Below, piece after piece: positions 16,813-25,469 of a stretch of DNA of 58,853 nucleotides. Origin of the DNA: Sphingobacteriia bacterium (GTDB lineage: Bacteria; Bacteroidota; Bacteroidia; NS11-12g; UBA9320). The position numbers and the translations under genes were made by a program. A model generated the notes under the pieces. That model saw only the letters and a list, made by a program, of their open reading frames with translations, did no database searches and was not told the DNA's origin. Position 1 is the stretch's first letter. Each line of letters starts with the position of its first letter. The stretch is taken from positions 1 through 58,853 of the forward strand of contig VMDK01000043.1 of assembly GCA_008080835.1 (NCBI GenBank), given 5' to 3'.

Positions 16813-19050
16813 TCAGTGCTTAACGATCTTAGCGTTAGAAAGAACTTCATTGTCTACCGACACACTCATGAAGTAAACACCGCCTTTCAACGATGAAATG
16901 TCCATGGTATAGTTGAAGTGATCTAGTTGTTTCGAAGCGACCACTTTACCTTGAAGATCAGTGATCGTCACATCGAACTCGCTACCGCTGAAGTTACTCG
17001 GACGTACATTGATCTGTCCAAGGGTTGGGTTCGGGTAAACTGTAAAGAATCCGTCCAGATCAACCTCTTCCACTCCAACGATAACGGGATAGTCTGTCGG
17101 AGGAAGCGCAATGCTTGATCCTTTGAAATCATCGTCGTTTCTTGGCAAAAGCTTGTACGTACCGAATCCGTAAAAGTTGATCCCGATAATGGTATCGAAT
17201 GTCATTCCCTTTTCGTTCTCGATCGGAGTCACGTTCATCACACCCTCCTGAGAAGCCAAAGTGCTGTCTCCAACCAATGACACCCAAAGGCTACTGTGGT
17301 TGTTGTTGTTTTGAATACCTGACTGAACACGCACGCTTCTGTTGAATGGAGCATCTTCATCGGCACCGATCAACCATTCTCCGAATGGGTTCAAACGAGG
17401 ATCGGAGATAGCTACCTTACCACTTGGATTGTTGAATCCGATAAGCACGCCTTCATATTTTTCACCTTCATTGGAAGTGAACCAAGCTGTATCCGTGATG
17501 TCGATGATTGTTGGCTCGATCAATTCCAAAGGTGACGGAGTTTCGATCTCGTCTACTGAAGAAACATTCAGAACGGTAAACCCGAAGTTCTCGGCAACCG
17601 TTCCGGTAACTGTAACTTCTTGTCCGCGGTACAGCTTGATCAGGTCGGAGTTACCGGCACACTGAATACCTGCAAATTCAGTTTCATCCGGATCCTGGAT
17701 ATAAATGGCTTCCAGATCATATTGCTTAGCAGAAGCGGTCACGACACCGGTCACTGTTACTTCCTGTCCTTCATATGGAGAGTCACCTCTATCGAGGTTG
17801 ATCACTCTTTGAAGATCTGCAATGGAAAGTCCATTGTTTCGAACGGTGTAGAACATGAAGTCCGGGTTCTTCGGATCTTTTGCACCGAATGGGGCGTAGC
17901 TTTTCTGAGCATCATCGTCGTCGGCAGTGATGTAGTAACGGATCACTGTTCCATCGCTTGCTTTTGGGATGGTTGCTTCAAATTCATCCGTTGTTCCGCT
18001 TTTCACGCTCATGGTCACTTCTGTGAATTGATCAAAGCTCTTCGCGGGATCGCTTGTCCAAAACAACGACGCATCACTCACCTCACCATCGAAGTCAACG
18101 ATCTTAGCACTGATCGTCACGTCATCCTGGTCTGTAGGTACAAGCGGGTCGCGATCTACTTCTGAGATATTCGGAGGAGTAACCCCGATCAGGTAATGTG
18201 AATCGTCAAATGGGTTGATCTCGTATCCACGGCCATTGCTTCCGGTACACCCGTTCTGAGAATGGATGATGATCCCCATGATGTGATCGAAACGAGTTCC
18301 TACCACAGGAGTTTGAAATTTACCCTGGCTGTAAGGAGCAGAAGCTCGTGAAGTTGTATAAGATGGAGTCTTTTGAACCAGGAAACGATCCGACACGTTT
18401 ATAACATTACCATTATCGTCCGTCAAGTCAAAGCTCACTCTGTTTCCGCTGAAATTGTAAACAGCCGTAACTGTCAGATCTTCGATCTTCACAAATGAAC
18501 CTTCGTATTCCTCACCGGTCTCGAGTTGATTCGTTCTGGTGTTGTCGTTCAAGTCACCGAGGTCAACTGTTACTGCCGAAGGAGCCGATTCTGTCGACAA
18601 TACGGTCAGGCTCGAATTGTTCAGGATCGAAACCTGAGTTTCGCCCTGATAGCTTCCAACCACACCTGTGATCTCCACTACCATACCAGCATACAGGTTG
18701 TATACATCGTTGACAGGCAGGTCGTTACCCTGTGCATCCTGATAAACACCCATGACCTGGATTCCCTGGAAGTTACCTGATGAACTTTTGTTCGCTGTGT
18801 CAACCACGTGAACAAATGGACGGAATCCTCCTTGAACACTACTGGATGGAACGTCGATCAAATTTGCATCGGCAATCACCTTTGCAACGAACGTCACCGT
18901 ATCGCCGTAATAACTAGCACTGTCCACACAGTTCTGTAGTTTACTGTCGGGCACGTACTGAATGTCTCTCACAGTCACTTTCTGGAACTGTGCTGATAAG
19001 CTGAGGCTAAAGAGCCCGGCTACCATAGTTAAAAGTAATTTTTTCATCAT
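16813..19050 (-). CDS. T9SS-sorted surface protein with two OB-fold-like modules
   Basis: Signal peptide MMKKLLLTMVAGLFSLSLSAQ. Duplicated module (VRDIQ...GDTVTFVAKVIA...FQGIQV...GMVVEITGVVGSYQGETQV and IADLQ...GQEVTVTGVVTA...FAGIQC...GQEVTVTGTVAENFGFTVL). C-terminal T9SS CTD (VYPNPT...ITDLQGKVV...GGVYFMSV). Confidence 0.8.
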   Translation of the reverse strand: MMKKLLLTMVAGLFSLSLSAQFQKVTVRDIQYVPDSKLQNCVDSASYYGDTVTFVAKVIADANLIDVPSSSVQGGFRPFVHVVDTANKSSSGNFQGIQVMGVYQDAQGNDLPVNDVYNLYAGMVVEITGVVGSYQGETQVSILNNSSLTVLSTESAPSAVTVDLGDLNDNTRTNQLETGEEYEGSFVKIEDLTVTAVYNFSGNRVSFDLTDDNGNVINVSDRFLVQKTPSYTTSRASAPYSQGKFQTPVVGTRFDHIMGIIIHSQNGCTGSNGRGYEINPFDDSHYLIGVTPPNISEVDRDPLVPTDQDDVTISAKIVDFDGEVSDASLFWTSDPAKSFDQFTEVTMSVKSGTTDEFEATIPKASDGTVIRYYITADDDDAQKSYAPFGAKDPKNPDFMFYTVRNNGLSIADLQRVINLDRGDSPYEGQEVTVTGVVTASAKQYDLEAIYIQDPDETEFAGIQCAGNSDLIKLYRGQEVTVTGTVAENFGFTVLNVSSVDEIETPSPLELIEPTIIDITDTAWFTSNEGEKYEGVLIGFNNPSGKVAISDPRLNPFGEWLIGADEDAPFNRSVRVQSGIQNNNNHSSLWVSLVGDSTLASQEGVMNVTPIENEKGMTFDTIIGINFYGFGTYKLLPRNDDDFKGSSIALPPTDYPVIVGVEEVDLDGFFTVYPNPTLGQINVRPSNFSGSEFDVTITDLQGKVVASKQLDHFNYTMDISSLKGGVYFMSVSVDNEVLSNAKIVKH

Positions 19051-19090
19051 GCTGCTTTTTTAGAGTTTGAAGTCTTTATTGTGTTTTGAA

Positions 19091-21217
19091 TTATTTGATC
19101 ACTGCAAATTTGCCCTTGTATTTTTCACCACTATCCAGATCCTCAACTGTGAACACGTAAAGTCCACGAGCGATGATCTGGCTTTGTTGGCTTAAGAGAT
19201 CCCACGAATGCTCTCCACCACTGAAGGCATTCCTATTCGGATTCTCCGCCGCAAAGGTCTGATACCATCTAGAGTCGCTACCGTCGTAATTCTCATCGTG
19301 ATGGATCTCATCAATAAAATCGCCTCCTGCAGTGAAGATCCTGATCTTACATCGCTTCGGCAAGTTGGCAAAGTATAATTTTCGGCTTTGTTCCTGAAAG
19401 TTACTTACGCCCTCCCAGGATGCTCCCGAGTAGTACGGATTGGGATATGCAAATGGCGAATTCGTCTCCAGATTCTCAGAGATAGGTTTCCCGGCAAAAG
19501 CTCGGAAATTATTGGTCAGAATACTGGACTCCAAAGATTCCAGGTTGCTCGCTTCATTTCCCCGGTCAAAGGCACTCACGGATATTGCATACTGCCACCC
19601 GTTCTGTATACCGTCGATCACATAGCGGTAGTAGTAAGTCATAGTATCTCCTTCGAACTGAACGGGTTCCTGAAGCCTGATCGACTCAAAGCCTGTTTCG
19701 AAGAATATATTATTGCCCTTCATGTCAAATTCTCCGATCCTCTTAAGATCCGATGCAAGATCGGGCACTTTGGTCACGTCGAACCCAAGCTGAGTCATGT
19801 AAATTCGATATCCTTCGAAGTCCATCTCTCTGGTAATCGGGTCGACGCTCTTCTCTGAATTATTAGACCAGAACACTTCGATCTTGTTATCACTGGTAAC
19901 TATGCGCGTCCGAGGTATATCCGGTGGTGCCGGCAAGATGAAACGAGTGATCTCGCCATCCTGATCGGCATCCTCTCCCTCGTCCAAAATACCGTTAAAG
20001 TTCTTATCCTCACCATTGTAGGCGGTCTGTGCCCAGTTGGCATTATTGCGGAAGGTCTGTTGCTGGAGCGGGGTATTATCTGAGTTCGGATTACCGTCTT
20101 CTAGTTTTTTACCCAGGACAAGTGCGTAAGTCACTTGAAATGATTCACCGGGTTTGATCTGACGAAATGGACCTACGCTCACCAAGTCGGATCGGTTACC
20201 TGCTTCGTTCAGCTGTTCCTTGAAACTTCTTACTCCACAGTTTGCGTTTTGAGTCGAATTCTGATCCCAGCATTGGTCGTCGTTCAGGCCAACGGTCATT
20301 TTAGCATATCTAGCTTGTTCGGTATTGGGTAGAAAGAAGACGGGGTTGGACGTGTTATTGAATTCCCAGGCGTTGTAGTGCACTTTGAAATCACTTTGGA
20401 GATCGGGGTGTTTGAAACCATCCGGACCGATAGCTCCCAGGAACTTCTGCCCTACATAACTTTCAGTGAATCCCAAGTCACCACTGTGATCATAGCAATA
20501 TGCCAGATATATGGAGTCCAGAAATCCGTTGCCGCCTTTGTTATAAAATGCAGAGCCTCCGGAGCCGGCCGGAGTCACGTTCAGATTCCTGACCACGGTA
20601 TTTGCCCAAAAGGCGAAATAGGTGCTGTCGATGGTAGAAGATCCCGTGTTATTCACGGTAAAATTCAGGATCACGAAAAAATCGCTGAATGCATAATTCC
20701 AATTATAGGTCTCCATGGTCACTTCAAGATCCATGGGTTGCTCATGTCCGTTGATGGGAATATTCGTTCCGGGAACGATGAGATTCTTATCGCTGAATGT
20801 GCTCACATAGTCCTGGTGGGAAATGGCCTCCGGCGTAAAGAATGGAGAATCAAAAAGGCTGGAGCGTTCCTGTAGTTCCGAACCGACTTCGGCTGTGAAC
20901 TCGAATCCTCCCCGACCGGTGGCGTATCCGCTCGGAGCGTCATAAGCGGAAGTAGAGACCGCAACCGTGCTTCCATCCAACAAACCTCCTACCCAAATGC
21001 CTCCTTCGAAAAGATGTTCGACTCCCGAACCGGCCGGAAATTCGCAACTCTGGCTACCCGATCCGTCACGATAGCCACGAAATGAGTTGCCGATGGTTCC
21101 GATATTGGTCACATTGAGCCGAACATTCGACGCTGAGGTGGTCTTCTCATCAAATGACTGAGACCAGGTTATTCCTGATAGGAACACGAGAAATATAGCT
21201 ACCGCCAGGGACTTCAT
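19091..21217 (-). CDS. T9SS-sorted hypothetical surface protein, first gene of the operon
   Basis: Signal peptide MKSLAVAIFLVFLSGITWSQ, so I prefer the ATG at 21217 over the TTG at 21229. Contains an acidic D-x-D-x-D-G-type loop, an FN3-like segment, and a C-terminal CTD/FlgD-Ig-like tail (AYPNPYY...IRIFTAGGDFI...GLYVFTVEDL). Confidence 0.75.
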   Translation of the reverse strand: MKSLAVAIFLVFLSGITWSQSFDEKTTSASNVRLNVTNIGTIGNSFRGYRDGSGSQSCEFPAGSGVEHLFEGGIWVGGLLDGSTVAVSTSAYDAPSGYATGRGGFEFTAEVGSELQERSSLFDSPFFTPEAISHQDYVSTFSDKNLIVPGTNIPINGHEQPMDLEVTMETYNWNYAFSDFFVILNFTVNNTGSSTIDSTYFAFWANTVVRNLNVTPAGSGGSAFYNKGGNGFLDSIYLAYCYDHSGDLGFTESYVGQKFLGAIGPDGFKHPDLQSDFKVHYNAWEFNNTSNPVFFLPNTEQARYAKMTVGLNDDQCWDQNSTQNANCGVRSFKEQLNEAGNRSDLVSVGPFRQIKPGESFQVTYALVLGKKLEDGNPNSDNTPLQQQTFRNNANWAQTAYNGEDKNFNGILDEGEDADQDGEITRFILPAPPDIPRTRIVTSDNKIEVFWSNNSEKSVDPITREMDFEGYRIYMTQLGFDVTKVPDLASDLKRIGEFDMKGNNIFFETGFESIRLQEPVQFEGDTMTYYYRYVIDGIQNGWQYAISVSAFDRGNEASNLESLESSILTNNFRAFAGKPISENLETNSPFAYPNPYYSGASWEGVSNFQEQSRKLYFANLPKRCKIRIFTAGGDFIDEIHHDENYDGSDSRWYQTFAAENPNRNAFSGGEHSWDLLSQQSQIIARGLYVFTVEDLDSGEKYKGKFAVIK

Positions 21218-21226
21218 ACAGCAAGG

Positions 21227-21234
21227 CAAATATA
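21227..21234 (-). promoter_or_regulatory. possible -7 promoter box (TATATTTG) for the surface operon
   Basis: The minus strand reads TATATTTG, an exact TAnnTTTG match, only ~9 nt upstream of the ATG at 21217. That would imply a very short leader. Confidence 0.3.
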
Positions 21235-21350
21235 TAAAGAGCTATGTCATTGCATGGACTGCTGTACGTTAAAATATGGTTGTCCAAAATCAGGCTCAAA
21301 TCCGTACCTTCACATGGCAGAATCGACCGGGGAATTCCGGCCTCCAAATT

Positions 21351-21875
21351 ATGTCTACCGTCGCCCGAACAGAACGCTTGACCTTACGGCAATTCACTTT
21401 GGAAGATGCCGCTGATCTGTTTGAATTGAACAGCGACCCGGAAGTGATCCGGTATACCGGAGACCTCCCGTTTGAGTCGGTCGAAGCTGCCGAGCAATTT
21501 CTAGACAACTATTCGGCGTACGCACAAACCGGCTTCGGTCGATGGGCGGTGATCCGAAATTCCGACAAACGGTTCGTTGGTTGGTGTGGACTCAAACTGA
21601 ACGAAGAGTCACTCAATGATCTCGGATTTCGCTTTTTCAGAGATTGTTGGGGCAAGGGCTACGCCACTGAATCTGCCAGAGCTTCATTGGACCTGGGTTT
21701 CGGACAATTTCATCTGGACGAGATAATCGGTCGAACCGCAAAGCAGAATCATGCTTCCATGCATGTTTTGGAAAAACTGGGAATGCAGAAATGGAAGACC
21801 GGTGAATGTGAAGGTTTCCCCGATGCGCTTTATTATCGTATTGACGAAAGAACTTACCGCCATCATAATGACTAG
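21351..21875 (+). CDS. GNAT family N-acetyltransferase (RimJ/RimL-like)
   Basis: TERLTLRQFTLEDAADLFELNSDPEVIRY... and GYATESARASLDLGF are typical of Acetyltransf_3-type GNATs. Start is the ATG at 21351. Confidence 0.85.
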   Translation: MSTVARTERLTLRQFTLEDAADLFELNSDPEVIRYTGDLPFESVEAAEQFLDNYSAYAQTGFGRWAVIRNSDKRFVGWCGLKLNEESLNDLGFRFFRDCWGKGYATESARASLDLGFGQFHLDEIIGRTAKQNHASMHVLEKLGMQKWKTGECEGFPDALYYRIDERTYRHHND

Positions 21876-22395
21876 ATCCATATCACTTCGAGTATTGTCA
21901 ACTGTGATCGCTGCAGTTCTTCTAACAGCGTGTTCGGTCATGAAATCAAGTCAGGATGGTATTCGCACAGAGCAACGTTTTCCTAAACCGACTGGTGTGG
22001 TTAACGACTTTGAGAACATCCTGACGAAGTCGGCTGAAGCTACCTTGGAGCTGACCATCAACGACCACACAGAAATTTCGGATGATGAGATCGCCATCGT
22101 GACCACTGATACTCTCTGGGGATATGACGATATATTTTCTTGCTCTTTGGCCCTGGCTAATGAGTGGGGAGTTGGCAAGAAAGACAAGAACAACGGTGTG
22201 GTGATATTTTTCAGCGCTAAACTGAGAGAAGTCCGGATTCAGAACGGAGATGGCATTACTGCACGACTGACAGATAAAGAAACGCAGGTGATCATCGACC
22301 AATATATGATCGAGCATTTTAAGACCGGAGCATATTACGATGGTCTACAAGCCGGATTGGACCAAATAATCATACACCTTCAAGAGCTCAAATGA
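21868..22395 (+). CDS. TPM-domain (TLP18.3/Psb32/MOLO-1-like) lipoprotein
   Basis: Lipobox (LLTACS). Motifs VVNDFENILT...IAIVT...WGVGKKDKNNGVVIFFS...REVRIQNGDG fit a TPM domain. The start overlaps the GNAT stop by 8 nt (ATGACTAG). Confidence 0.8.
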   Translation: MTRSISLRVLSTVIAAVLLTACSVMKSSQDGIRTEQRFPKPTGVVNDFENILTKSAEATLELTINDHTEISDDEIAIVTTDTLWGYDDIFSCSLALANEWGVGKKDKNNGVVIFFSAKLREVRIQNGDGITARLTDKETQVIIDQYMIEHFKTGAYYDGLQAGLDQIIIHLQELK

Positions 22396-22402
22396 TCTAC
22401 TT

Positions 22403-22705
22403 ATGGAATACGAAGAAACATTGAAACATTATGATGATGCTGTAGCGCTTTGCGACGGAATCGAACGCAAAGGAAAAAGCATGCCTTATACCTCTGACAA
22501 CGGACATATGTTTTCCCTGATCAACAAGGATGGAGAATTGGGAGTTCGCTTTTCGAAGGAGTTCCAGGAAAAACTGATGGAAGAGCTGAAATCCGGTCAT
22601 TTACATTCGCATGGCGCAGTAATGAGAGGTTATGTTAGAATGCCGGATAGTGTAGTTAAAGATGCAAAACGACTTGCTGAGTTCATCAAGTTGGGACACA
22701 AGTAA
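22403..22705 (+). CDS. hypothetical 100-aa protein (weak TfoX-N/DUF1801-like impression)
   Basis: Well-spaced ORF in a co-directional gene string. No confident family assignment. Confidence 0.55.
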   Translation: MEYEETLKHYDDAVALCDGIERKGKSMPYTSDNGHMFSLINKDGELGVRFSKEFQEKLMEELKSGHLHSHGAVMRGYVRMPDSVVKDAKRLAEFIKLGHK

Positions 22706-22736
22706 GTGATGTCGCTGGACCCTAAATAACACAACA

Positions 22737-23264
22737 ATGAACACACTCCGATTTTTACTAGTTGTGGGCACTGCGATCCTTATGAGCTGCAATTCAGAAG
22801 TTCAGTACCAAGCGGCAGATGATCAATATTCTGCGGTCGAGATTGACACTACTCCGAGGGTAACCGGTATTGGAGGAATTTTCTTCCGAGCTAAGTCTCC
22901 GGACAGTTTGAGAAACTGGTATAGGGAACATCTCGGGATCGCTGTCAGTCCATTCGGCTCTCCTTTTGAATTCCGCAACGCGAACGATCCTGATCAGGTG
23001 AATTATTTGATCTGGAATCCATTTCCGGATAGCACTGATTATTTTGATCCTTCGGATAAGGAGTTCATGATCAATTACCGCGTTCACAATATTGAAGCCT
23101 TGGTGGAACAATTGCGTACGAATGGAGCAGTGATAGTAGATACGATTGCAGAGTACCCTTACGGGAAATTCGTCCACGTCCTGGATCCAGAAGGGAACAA
23201 CTTTGAACTATGGGAGCCGGTGGATAGTACCCTGACCGGTATGGGTGGAAAGACTACGAAATAG
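22737..23264 (+). CDS. VOC (glyoxalase/bleomycin-resistance) family protein with lipoprotein signal
   Basis: Lipobox (ILMSCN). GIGGIFFRAKSPDSLRNWYREHLGI ... DPEGNNFELWEP is typical of VOC-fold proteins. Confidence 0.75.
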   Translation: MNTLRFLLVVGTAILMSCNSEVQYQAADDQYSAVEIDTTPRVTGIGGIFFRAKSPDSLRNWYREHLGIAVSPFGSPFEFRNANDPDQVNYLIWNPFPDSTDYFDPSDKEFMINYRVHNIEALVEQLRTNGAVIVDTIAEYPYGKFVHVLDPEGNNFELWEPVDSTLTGMGGKTTK

Positions 23265-23271
23265 TGGTTTC

Positions 23272-23796
23272 TCAGGACACTTTACTGTGTTCTTCCAACT
23301 CAGCGAACATCTTGATCGAATAATCAAAACCTCGGTTCACTTCATCGGCCCACTCGTCCTTTTGAACTCTTCGTACTGCTTGCATAGCGCCCGGCATGTC
23401 ATCGAATTCGTACATTTTCCCGGATGATGGCACCACCTTCTTCATCATTTGCCCTCCGAACATGACGGCCAGGTAATTGAGGTATACATGTGGTAATCGA
23501 TCTTCATCTGAAAGGCCTTTGAGATATTCGACGTACTCCTTTGTGACCGGAAGAACTCCTTCGGCTTGCACCCCCGTTTTTTCGATCTCTTCGATATCCT
23601 GTCGGACTTTGTCAGAACGATTGAGCGCCGGATGTGGAAGTCCTGCCTCTTCCATGCCGCTAAAAACGGCCAGCTGTTGCTGGAGGTATAATAGGTAGTC
23701 GTGCTTATTCATCTCGCCGCGGAACATGCGTTGATTGAATGGCATTTGTTCGGCGATCTTATGTTTAGCTGCGGTAGCTTCTTTGAGTGGTAACAT
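23272..23796 (-). CDS. heme oxygenase-like protein
   Basis: N-terminal L..AT...H...E motif and a HVYLNYLAVMFGGQMMKKV segment that parallels the HO signature AHAYTRYLGDLSGGQ. Confidence 0.65.
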   Translation of the reverse strand: MLPLKEATAAKHKIAEQMPFNQRMFRGEMNKHDYLLYLQQQLAVFSGMEEAGLPHPALNRSDKVRQDIEEIEKTGVQAEGVLPVTKEYVEYLKGLSDEDRLPHVYLNYLAVMFGGQMMKKVVPSSGKMYEFDDMPGAMQAVRRVQKDEWADEVNRGFDYSIKMFAELEEHSKVS

Positions 23797-23872
23797 GATG
23801 TGTATCAGATTGAATGAGGCGAATTTAGAATTATTCTAAATAATATTGACTGTTATTTGTCAGCTCGAAGGT

Positions 23873-24604
23873 ATGAAGATAGCGATCGCCCAATATCCGT
23901 GTGTTCAGGGAGATATCTCTAAAAATATCAACAGGCACTGCTCATGGATCGAAAAGGCTTCAGAGCACGACGCGGAGATCATCCTATTTCCGGAGTTGTC
24001 ACTCAGCGGATATGAGCCAAAGCGGGCCGAACAGCTTTCCATGCCGATCTATCATCCGGATCTCGATGTGTTTCAGGAATTGTCGGAGGAACTAGGCATA
24101 GTGATCGCACTCGGTATTCCGGCAGAAACAGATGCCGGTGTACATATCAGTCAAGCTTTGTTCCACCCGTATGCGGAGCGCATGCTTTACTCGAAACAGA
24201 TCCTTCATGACGACGAAAAACCCTATTTCACTGAAGGCAACAGCCGTGCGGAGCTGCGCGTTGCTAATCTCGACATCGCGCTTGGGATCTGCTATGAAAG
24301 CATGCAGGAACAACACTGGACCTCGATCGACTCCACGAACTCTCACTTGTACTTGGCTAGTGTCTCAAAGACCCGAAAGGGCATGGACCTCGCTCATCGA
24401 TTCTTCTCCCGTAAGTCGCGCGAAAAGAAAATGCCGATCTTCCTTTCCAATGCGATCGGTCCGAATGACGACTTTGAAGCCTGCGGTCGATCCGCTGCAT
24501 GGAATGCCCAAGGAGAATTGGCACATACGCTTGCAAATGATCCGGCCATTTTATTGATCGATGCAGATGCCACTGATCCCAGAGTAATAGGGATGAATGT
24601 GTAG
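23873..24604 (+). CDS. carbon-nitrogen hydrolase (nitrilase superfamily) protein
   Basis: MKIAIAQYP...ILFPELSLSGYEP supplies the catalytic Glu context and LGICYES the catalytic Cys. Confidence 0.85.
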   Translation: MKIAIAQYPCVQGDISKNINRHCSWIEKASEHDAEIILFPELSLSGYEPKRAEQLSMPIYHPDLDVFQELSEELGIVIALGIPAETDAGVHISQALFHPYAERMLYSKQILHDDEKPYFTEGNSRAELRVANLDIALGICYESMQEQHWTSIDSTNSHLYLASVSKTRKGMDLAHRFFSRKSREKKMPIFLSNAIGPNDDFEACGRSAAWNAQGELAHTLANDPAILLIDADATDPRVIGMNV

Positions 24605-24658
24605 CAACTGTTTTGGTGGATTCAACGAAGCTTTTACATATTTGCTTAATATTCACTC

Positions 24659-24973
24659 ATGATCGCGAACACTCCTTCACCACCCTATTATGCAGTGATC
24701 TTCACTACTGAGCGGAGTTATGAAGGCAGTGATTATCACGAGATGGCCGACCGCATGATCGAGTTGGCAAGTGAACAACCCGGTTTTCTTGGCGTAGAGA
24801 CCACAGAAGGTATTACCATATCATATTGGAAGGATAAAGAGTCCATCGCCAAGTGGAAAGCGCATCCGGAACACACTCTGGCGCGAAATTTGGGTAGAGA
24901 GAAATGGTATGATGCGTATAAAACGCGCATTGTATACGTGGAATCAGATTATCAATTCAAACGCGAATCGTGA
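24659..24973 (+). CDS. antibiotic biosynthesis monooxygenase (ABM) domain protein
   Basis: 104 aa. YYAVIFT...GFLGVE...ISYWKDKESIAKWKAHPEH is typical of the ABM ferredoxin-like fold. Confidence 0.8.
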   Translation: MIANTPSPPYYAVIFTTERSYEGSDYHEMADRMIELASEQPGFLGVETTEGITISYWKDKESIAKWKAHPEHTLARNLGREKWYDAYKTRIVYVESDYQFKRES

Positions 24974-25428
24974 AAAGATCATACGTGTTCATCTCCGTTG
25001 TTGCAGTCTTGCTGCTATGCACGAGCAACACATCCTCGGCTCAGGTACGTCCCAAGTCGCTAATGGGCTCCTGGATCGCATGGCTGGATACTGCTAAGAC
25101 CCAATGTGAAATGATCAACTTGTATCCTGATGGAAGTGGGGTTTACGGACCGGGCACCGGAGAAAATGGACAGGCCAGTATTGTCACCTCAACGATGCTG
25201 ACTTTGAAAGACTGGAAATTAGTGGCCGACACGTTGGTCATGACGACACATCCGGTTCGCGTTGATCAACAGGGAACGCGAAAAAGTGTCGAAGTACGTT
25301 TCATTCTTTTACGACACGATCGTACATTCTTCGAAGCGGTGTACTCTGACCCTGTGGAAGAAGAAGCCATGAAGCACTCCGGCGAAGTATTCGTTCCGAT
25401 CAGGCTTCGATTCAACAAGTTGATCTGA
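24970..25428 (+). CDS. hypothetical secreted protein
   Basis: The GTG start overlaps the ABM stop (GTGA). Signal peptide VFISVVAVLLLCTSNTSSAQ. Confidence 0.6.
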   Translation: MKRSYVFISVVAVLLLCTSNTSSAQVRPKSLMGSWIAWLDTAKTQCEMINLYPDGSGVYGPGTGENGQASIVTSTMLTLKDWKLVADTLVMTTHPVRVDQQGTRKSVEVRFILLRHDRTFFEAVYSDPVEEEAMKHSGEVFVPIRLRFNKLI

Positions 25429-25469
25429 AACAGCTCGTGAAGTAAGTTGCTTTCGATAACTTCGTCTGC

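Noticed and set aside
14176-20875. Several 150-180-aa plus-strand ORFs (14176-14688, 17620-18165, 19388-19858, 20378-20875) inside the surface operon
   Set aside because: All are antisense to long ORFs that carry signal peptides, T9SS CTDs or TonB-receptor features. They have no start context or recognisable motifs.
12508-21234. Canonical SusC/SusD polysaccharide utilisation locus
   Set aside because: There is no SusD-like lipoprotein next to the receptor and no glycoside hydrolase or hybrid two-component/ECF regulator in the operon. It is reported as a non-canonical system instead.
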